Shown piece after piece: positions 58,683 to 64,000 of a stretch of DNA of 64,000 nucleotides. This DNA comes from Polyangiales bacterium (GTDB lineage Bacteria; Myxococcota_A; Polyangia; Polyangiales; Polyangiaceae), in assembly GCA_038231275.1 (NCBI GenBank), contig JBBRLQ010000003.1, positions 448,001 to 512,000 of the forward strand, read 5' to 3'. Positions within the stretch are counted from its first letter, which is position 1. The number at the start of each line of letters is the position of its first letter. A program made the position numbers and the translations under genes. A model generated the notes under the pieces. It saw only the letters and a list, made by a program, of their open reading frames with translations. It made no database searches and had not been told where the DNA came from.

Positions 58683-60665
58683 ATGGGGGGTGCGGTGCCG
58701 TCCAACGATCGTCGCGTGCGCGTTAGGCCGATCCTACGCTTGTTGCTCGCCGATCTCGCCGTGCTGCTGTGCCTGACGATTGGCCCGCTGGGGGCCGTCT
58801 CGCTTTGGGGCTACGCGCGCGCCATGGACGACACCGCGCACGCGAAGGCCCATGAGAGCCTGCGCCACATGGCGAGCGACCTGCACGAGCACGTGAGCCG
58901 GCATCAGCGCACCGCGGATGCGGCCGCGCGCCTCTGCGTGCTCGACGGGGGCGACGGATGCCGGAGCGAAGCGATGCACGCAACGCTCGCGGCGCTCGCG
59001 CCGAAGGAGAGCAGCTTTCGCTCGCTGGGGCTCGCGATGGGGGACGGCTGGATCCTCGACATCGCGCCGGTTGCCGAGGGCTTCATGACGGAGGAGTGCC
59101 GCCGCGATGGGACCAAGACGCTGACCAACACGCTGACCAAGACGCTGTGCCGAGACATCCTCTGGTCCCCTGCGCGCGAGCGGCTCGTGTCGCACGGGGA
59201 GGCGGAGACGGAGCGGCCGGACATTCGCGAGCGCCTTTGGTATCGGGATGCGCTGCTCCGCACCGACGGGCGTTGGGGCGCCCCGTTCCTGCAAAAGGCC
59301 GACGGCGCGCTCATCAACCGCTACCGCATGACCTACGCGCGGAAGGTCGAGGCACACGAAGCGCCCGCGCTCGCGGGAGCCGTGGTCGAGAGCGCGCTCT
59401 CGCTCGACCAGCTCCTCTCGGACATCCGCGCGATGCAACCGTCGCCGGGAACGTTGACGCTCATCACCGACGCCGAGAGCCGCCCGATCCTTCTGCCGCC
59501 GCTACCTGAGTTTCGGGGGATAGAGGCGACACCGATTGGTCGCCCGATCGGGCCGGACTTTCTCCCACTCGCCGACCGTGTCGTCGCGGGCGCTGCGAAG
59601 GAGGGTCAGCTTTCGATCGCCGGGGCGGACTACTACCTCACGAGCCTGCGCTTCGATGGCGAGCCAGGGATCGACTGGACGATCTCGATGGGAATCCCCG
59701 CGAGCGAGCTCCTCGTCGGTCCCCGACGCGTCGCCTGGATCATGTTCGGTGTCGCCTCCCTCGTCGTCCTCCTCGTCCTTTGGCGCGCCGTCGCGCTCGC
59801 GCGGCGTTTCAGCGCGCCATTGCTCGCCCTCGCCGCATCGACCGAACGAATGACCGACGGCGATGCGATCGAAGTTCCCAAGACCGACATCGCCGAGGTC
59901 GACGCCCTCGGCGCCCGCTTCCTCGAAGCGTCTGCCGCCGTCCGCGAACGCGCGCAGTTCGAAGCGGAACGTCGCCACACTCAGCGCATGGCTACGATTG
60001 GTACGCTCGCCGGCGGCGTCGTGCACGACATCAACAACCAGCTCACGGTGCTCCTCGGCGCGCTCTCGCTCGCGCGAACCGGCGACGAGAACGCGGAGCT
60101 CGACGTGGCCGAGTCCGCAGCGTCGGCGTGCGCCGAGCTGACGCGAGGGCTCTTGGCGTTCTCGCGCGGGGGCTCGGCGATCGGGCGCACGCCGATCGAC
60201 GTCAACGAGCTTGTCCGCAAGACGGCGCAGCTCCTTGGCGCCACGCTCCGGACCTCCGGGGTCGACGTCGCCGTCGAGCTTGCGGCGTCGCCGTCGAGCA
60301 CCGTGGGCGATCGTGTCCTGCTCGAGCAGGTCCTCCTGAACCTTGCGCTGAACGCTCGCGACGCCATGCCCAAAGGGGGGCGGCTCGTGCTGGCGACGTC
60401 TCGCCGCGGCGTGGGTGAGGTCGTCGTTTCCGTCACCGACACCGGCGTCGGAATCGCGCCCGAAATTCAGGCCAAAATTTTCGACGCCTTCTTCACGACG
60501 AAGGAAACAGGCAAGGGCACGGGGCTTGGGCTATCGATCGCACACGGCATCGTCAGCGCACACGGCGGTAAGGTCGAAATCGACAGCACCCCCTGCAAAG
60601 GCAGCACGTTCACGGTGGTATTGCCGGCCGCGCCGATCGCTGCGCCGCGCCCTACTGCAACCTGA
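58683..60665 (+). CDS. Membrane sensor histidine kinase (Cache-like, HAMP, HisKA, HATPase)
   Basis: Two TM helices; DIRERLWY Cache motif; VHDINNQL; FFTTK..GTGLGL; start uncertain. Confidence 0.93.
   Translation: MGGAVPSNDRRVRVRPILRLLLADLAVLLCLTIGPLGAVSLWGYARAMDDTAHAKAHESLRHMASDLHEHVSRHQRTADAAARLCVLDGGDGCRSEAMHATLAALAPKESSFRSLGLAMGDGWILDIAPVAEGFMTEECRRDGTKTLTNTLTKTLCRDILWSPARERLVSHGEAETERPDIRERLWYRDALLRTDGRWGAPFLQKADGALINRYRMTYARKVEAHEAPALAGAVVESALSLDQLLSDIRAMQPSPGTLTLITDAESRPILLPPLPEFRGIEATPIGRPIGPDFLPLADRVVAGAAKEGQLSIAGADYYLTSLRFDGEPGIDWTISMGIPASELLVGPRRVAWIMFGVASLVVLLVLWRAVALARRFSAPLLALAASTERMTDGDAIEVPKTDIAEVDALGARFLEASAAVRERAQFEAERRHTQRMATIGTLAGGVVHDINNQLTVLLGALSLARTGDENAELDVAESAASACAELTRGLLAFSRGGSAIGRTPIDVNELVRKTAQLLGATLRTSGVDVAVELAASPSSTVGDRVLLEQVLLNLALNARDAMPKGGRLVLATSRRGVGEVVVSVTDTGVGIAPEIQAKIFDAFFTTKETGKGTGLGLSIAHGIVSAHGGKVEIDSTPCKGSTFTVVLPAAPIAAPRPTAT
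59111..59147 (+). repeat. 12-bp tandem repeat x3 within the sensor domain
   Basis: gaccaagacgct gaccaacacgct gaccaagacgct, encoding TKTL-TNTL-TKTL. Confidence 0.9.
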
Positions 60666-60689
60666 GCACGGGTTAGACGCGCCGGTACC

Positions 60690-60929
60690 CTACCGCTTCG
60701 ACTTCGCCCCGACGGCGGGCGCGAACTTCGCCACCGAGTCGCGGATGCGATTCGCCGCGCCGATCGCCTCCGCCAGCGCCTTGTGGACACCGGCCAGGGT
60801 CTGGTCGTCGACCGCGCGCGCCTCGAGCTCCTCCTGCGCGAACGTCAGGTTCGCGACGAGCACAGTGAGCGGGTTGTTGATCGCGTGGGCGAGCGCCACC
60901 CTCGCGATACGATCCTCCGCCTTCGCCAT
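60690..60929 (-). CDS. Stand-alone HisKA/DHp-like protein (79 aa)
   Basis: LAHAINNPL H-box followed by two helices; no ATPase domain; GAGGG RBS. Confidence 0.7.
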   Translation of the reverse strand: MAKAEDRIARVALAHAINNPLTVLVANLTFAQEELEARAVDDQTLAGVHKALAEAIGAANRIRDSVAKFAPAVGAKSKR

Positions 60930-61027
60930 TCCCTCTGTCACTATCTGGAAATTCGGCGATAAATAACGGCGTATCGTCCTCAATTTCAAAACTTATCCGG
61001 ATCGCGGCCGTGGCCGTTGCTCTCTTC

Positions 61028-61336
61028 ATGAGGGCAGAAGACCCGCAGTTCCTGGTCTTGCTCGCGTCGATCGCGGCGAACGTGCGCGGCCTTAGGGCGC
61101 GCCGCAGCCTCACCCAAGAGGCGCTGGCCCAGCGCGCCGATCAAGATCTCGCGTACGTGCAGCGCGTCGAGCGGGCGGCAACGAACCTCAGCGTCCGCGT
61201 GCTCTTCGCCCTCGCGCGCGCGCTCGGTGTCGCGCCGGGGCAGCTCCTCCGTCCTCGCGCGCTGCCTCCCTCGCGACGCGGCCGGCCGGCGAAGAGAAGC
61301 GCCGCTACTGTCCGACGAGGCCGCCCGCAAGAGTGA
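61028..61336 (+). CDS. XRE family HTH regulator
   Basis: NVR.LR....LTQE.LA.......Y...VER...NLS...L..LA.ALGV. Confidence 0.9.
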   Translation: MRAEDPQFLVLLASIAANVRGLRARRSLTQEALAQRADQDLAYVQRVERAATNLSVRVLFALARALGVAPGQLLRPRALPPSRRGRPAKRSAATVRRGRPQE

Positions 61337-61348
61337 CGCCCTTTGTAG

Positions 61349-61380
61349 TTGACGTATTGGTTAAATAACCTATACGTTAA
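61349..61380 (+). promoter_or_regulatory. Promoter with overlapping ArsR operator; probably leaderless mRNA
   Basis: 32-bp imperfect palindrome ttgacgtattggttaaataacctatacgttaa; TTGACG -35; ATG 3 nt downstream. Confidence 0.75.
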
Positions 61381-61382
61381 AT

Positions 61383-61757
61383 ATGACGTCGCCCGCGAAT
61401 CTCGACGAGATCTTCGGCGCCCTCGCAGACCCCACGCGTCGCGCGATCGTGGCGCGGCTCGCCGGCGGGGAGGCCACGGTTCTCGAGCTCGCCGCGCCGT
61501 TCGACATCAGCCTCCCGGCGATCTCGCGGCACCTCAAGGTGCTCGAGAACGCGGGGCTCATCTCGCGCGGACGCGACGCGCAGAGACGGCCGTGCCGGCT
61601 CGAGGCGGACGCGCTCGACGAGATCAACCGATGGACGCAGCACACGAAGCGCGCGTGGGAGCAGCGCTTCGACGAGCTCGACGAGTACTTGAAGAAGCAA
61701 CAGCCGACCCCACCCAAGAAAGAAGAGAAGAAGAGCCATGGTCGCAAAAAGCCCTGA
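61383..61757 (+). CDS. ArsR/SmtB family regulator
   Basis: FGALADPTRRAI, ISRHLKVLE.AGLI. Confidence 0.96.
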   Translation: MTSPANLDEIFGALADPTRRAIVARLAGGEATVLELAAPFDISLPAISRHLKVLENAGLISRGRDAQRRPCRLEADALDEINRWTQHTKRAWEQRFDELDEYLKKQQPTPPKKEEKKSHGRKKP

Positions 61758-62244
61758 CACGACGTGGTCGCTGGATCGCGAGATCGTCCTGTCGCGCGTG
61801 TTCGAGGCGCCGCGTGCGCTCGTCTACGACGCGTGGACGCAGCCCGAGCACCTCACGAAGTGGTTCTGTCCGAAGGGCTTCACGACGACGACGCGCGAGA
61901 TCGACGCACGCGTCGGCGGGAAGTGGCGCTTCGACATGGTCGCCAACGATGGCAACATGATGAAGGTGCCAACCGGCACGATCTTCGGCAATCGCATCGT
62001 GTTCCTCGAGATGCGCGCGCCCGAGCTGCTCGTGTTCGATCACGGCCAGGACAAGGACGACGACGAGACGCGCTTCCGCGTGACCGTCACGTTCGACGAG
62101 CAGGCCGACAAGAAGACGGTCGTGACGATGCGTCAGCTCCACCCCACCAAGGAGCAGCGCGCAGCCGGCATCGGCTTCGGCGCGGTCGAGATCGGCTACA
62201 CGACGATCGACAGCCTCGCCGACTACCTGCGCAAGATCCGCTGA
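61738..62244 (+). CDS. SRPBCC/AHSA1 domain protein
   Basis: REIVLSRVFEAPRALVY.AWT.PEHL..W..P.GF, D.RVGG.WRF. Confidence 0.94.
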   Translation: MVAKSPDTTWSLDREIVLSRVFEAPRALVYDAWTQPEHLTKWFCPKGFTTTTREIDARVGGKWRFDMVANDGNMMKVPTGTIFGNRIVFLEMRAPELLVFDHGQDKDDDETRFRVTVTFDEQADKKTVVTMRQLHPTKEQRAAGIGFGAVEIGYTTIDSLADYLRKIR

Positions 62245-62252
62245 GCGCGCGC

Positions 62253-62702
62253 TCACTCCCCGAAGCTCGACGCTCCGGCGGCCCCCGCGACAAAGGAAGC
62301 TTCGTTCGATTCGAGGTCCCATGGCTCCGACCCGTCGGGCGGCTGCTGGTACGACGTGAAGCGGACGATGTAGCGACGCCGTTCGGGAGGGAACGCGTAG
62401 AAGCGGTCGAGCTGGATCGACGTCTCGATCGACTCGCCCGGCCCGAGGCGCACGAAACCCTCCGGACCGGGAGGCCCTCGCTTCACGAGCGGCCCGGTGT
62501 AACCGACCCTGGGCCCGCCCGCCGGCGTGATCGCGAAGAGGTCGTTCTCGAGCGCGCCGTCGAGGGCCGCTTGCGAGCGGTCGACGAAGATCGGGGCTGC
62601 CGAACGGTTCACGATCGAAATCGTCGCGCGAACGCCGGCGTCGGTCGCGATCGACAGCGTCGCGCACGCGCTGGGGGCCATGGCACGGGGTGCGTCCGTC
62701 AT
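62253..62702 (-). CDS. Stand-alone protein resembling the M35 protease pro-domain
   Basis: LENDLFAI...G..V.YTG.LVKR..P...FV.L.PGES...IQL...Y.F; ATG 62702 overlaps the protease TGA. Confidence 0.75.
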   Translation of the reverse strand: MTDAPRAMAPSACATLSIATDAGVRATISIVNRSAAPIFVDRSQAALDGALENDLFAITPAGGPRVGYTGPLVKRGPPGPEGFVRLGPGESIETSIQLDRFYAFPPERRRYIVRFTSYQQPPDGSEPWDLESNEASFVAGAAGASSFGE

Positions 62703-63430
62703 TTGGCGTTCTCGATGTAGTACTCGAAGTTGTCGGCGTTGGTGATGGCGTCCTCGGGCCTCGTCTTGGCGAGCCGCAAGGCGTTCTCGATGCCGTACCC
62801 CTTGTCGCCCGTCGCGCCTATGTCGTTGAAGTGGGACATCTCGTGGGCCAAGGTTCCGGCCTTCGAGTCCTTTCCGATCGACGCGGCCTTCTTGAACATG
62901 TCGCCCAGGAAGATCGTGTGGCGCTGGTCGCCCGGGTGGACGTACGCGAACAAGTTCGAGTCGGGGTTGGTCGAGTCTCGGAAGTGGCTGAACGTCGGAT
63001 CGTCGGTCAGCTCCTTGTTGAGCGCCAGCTCGTGCTCGACGCGGGCCTGGATGATCGCGCGGCGCGGCTCGGTCGGCGGTCCGAAGAAGCGCGCGAAGTT
63101 GGCCTTCGCGAGGACGTCCCAGCGCGCGAGCTCCGCTTTCTTCTCGAGCAAGAGGGCCCGCTCGTCGCCCAGCGCCTGCTTGAGCGCGGCGTGGTGCGCG
63201 GCCACCCACGGGGAAGGCGGCGTCGGCAGCTCGATGTCTCCTGTCTTGAAGGCGGGGCCGAGCCCCCGGCTCGCAGCCCCCAAGAGCGCGCCGATCGCGC
63301 CGATCGAGCTGCGAAAGAGATCGACGGATGGCGCGGCGCGGGGACCCCGCAGCACGCCGGGGCCGATGTGCACCCCGCGGTTGCCGACGTGGACGAAGGC
63401 GGCCGCGTTCTTCAGGGCGGCGACGCTCAC
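62699..63430 (-). CDS. M35 (aspzincin / Lys-specific) metallo-endopeptidase without signal peptide or pro-domain
   Basis: FAYVHP, GTLAHEMSHF, GATGDKGYG, NADNFEY; GTG start after AGGTGA. Confidence 0.9.
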   Translation of the reverse strand: MSVAALKNAAAFVHVGNRGVHIGPGVLRGPRAAPSVDLFRSSIGAIGALLGAASRGLGPAFKTGDIELPTPPSPWVAAHHAALKQALGDERALLLEKKAELARWDVLAKANFARFFGPPTEPRRAIIQARVEHELALNKELTDDPTFSHFRDSTNPDSNLFAYVHPGDQRHTIFLGDMFKKAASIGKDSKAGTLAHEMSHFNDIGATGDKGYGIENALRLAKTRPEDAITNADNFEYYIENAK

Positions 63431-63434
63431 CCCG

Positions 63435-64000
63435 TCACCTTCGCGCCCTTTGCCCCGGCATCGGGACGTACGACGCGGGGAGGGGCGGCGGCAGCGTGCG
63501 CGAGAGGTCAACGTCCGGCGGGGGCTCGGAGATTTGTCGCGGCACGGGGCGAGGGACGATCCCGCTCGGCGCGGCGCTCGCCCGCGCGGAGTCGAGGAGG
63601 CGCGAGAACGCAGGGTACATTTCGGTGTAGCGATCCTTGGAACAGGTGGCCGTCACGTTGAGGATCACCGGCCCGTCTTGCTCGTCGATCTCGATGAACG
63701 TGCACGTCTGCACGATCATCCCGTCGTCGCCGGACCGCTCGATCGCGATCTCCACTCGAGACATCCCCTGCGCGTCCGAGGCGCAATGGCTGAGGACGCG
63801 GAGCCCGCGGCGGTCGCGCAGATCCGCGATCTGTTGGAGCGCGAGCGAGTGCACGGTGTCTCCCGGGCGGCGCGGCTCGCTCACGAGGACGACGCTCGCA
63901 GGCGTGCCACCGCCCGGGGCGGGCGGCTCGCTGAGGGTCACGATGGTCCGGCTGGTCCAGTCGGGCGGCGGCTCGAAGTCGGCGGCGCGCAGCGCGCGCG
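63435..64000 (-). CDS. DcrB/DUF1795-like protein, 5' end outside window
   Basis: FEPPPDWTSRTIV, SVVLVSEP, final strand-helix (ILNVTAT...AFSRLLDS) of the Mog1p/PsbP-like fold. Confidence 0.65.
   Translation of the reverse strand, partial: RALRAADFEPPPDWTSRTIVTLSEPPAPGGGTPASVVLVSEPRRPGDTVHSLALQQIADLRDRRGLRVLSHCASDAQGMSRVEIAIERSGDDGMIVQTCTFIEIDEQDGPVILNVTATCSKDRYTEMYPAFSRLLDSARASAAPSGIVPRPVPRQISEPPPDVDLSRTLPPPLPASYVPMPGQRARR

Noticed and set aside
378-63661. Many long antisense or alternate-frame ORFs (e.g. 378-1949, 1679-3799, 36080-38602, 45812-47812, 49715-51640)
   Set aside because: Arg/Ala/Pro-rich shadow frames of real genes, expected in high-GC DNA

Overview
Very GC-rich bacterial DNA that looks myxobacterial (Polyangiaceae/Labilithrix-like). 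That placement is inferred from the many Cys-rich lipoproteins with DAG/DGG linkers, a Ser/Thr kinase-PEGA/TPR/PP2C module, a TIGR02266-type PilZ protein and sigma54-type promoters. This is an accessory region of about 55 genes: lipoproteins, hydrolases, regulators and two histidine kinases. I see no rRNA, tRNA, CRISPR array or transposase. Most interesting observations: (1) a signal-less M35 aspzincin protease followed, with ATGA overlap, by a separate gene resembling the M35 pro-domain, downstream of a DcrB/DUF1795-like gene, i.e. a possible protease effector with a trans-acting propeptide immunity protein; (2) a four-helix-bundle (IVS-protein-like) gene inside a 612-bp unit bounded by a perfect 20-bp inverted repeat, whose end coincides with the truncation of a CHAP gene; (3) one protein that appears to fuse two ExbB/TolQ-like units, an ExbD-like domain and a TonB-C-like domain; (4) a DUF4242-methyltransferase-PLP decarboxylase-flavoprotein operon facing a large AAA ATPase regulator; (5) dispersed, internally deleted copies of neighbouring genes and an ~80-bp direct repeat that bracket variable cargo. 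All family calls come from motif recognition by eye; no database search was run.
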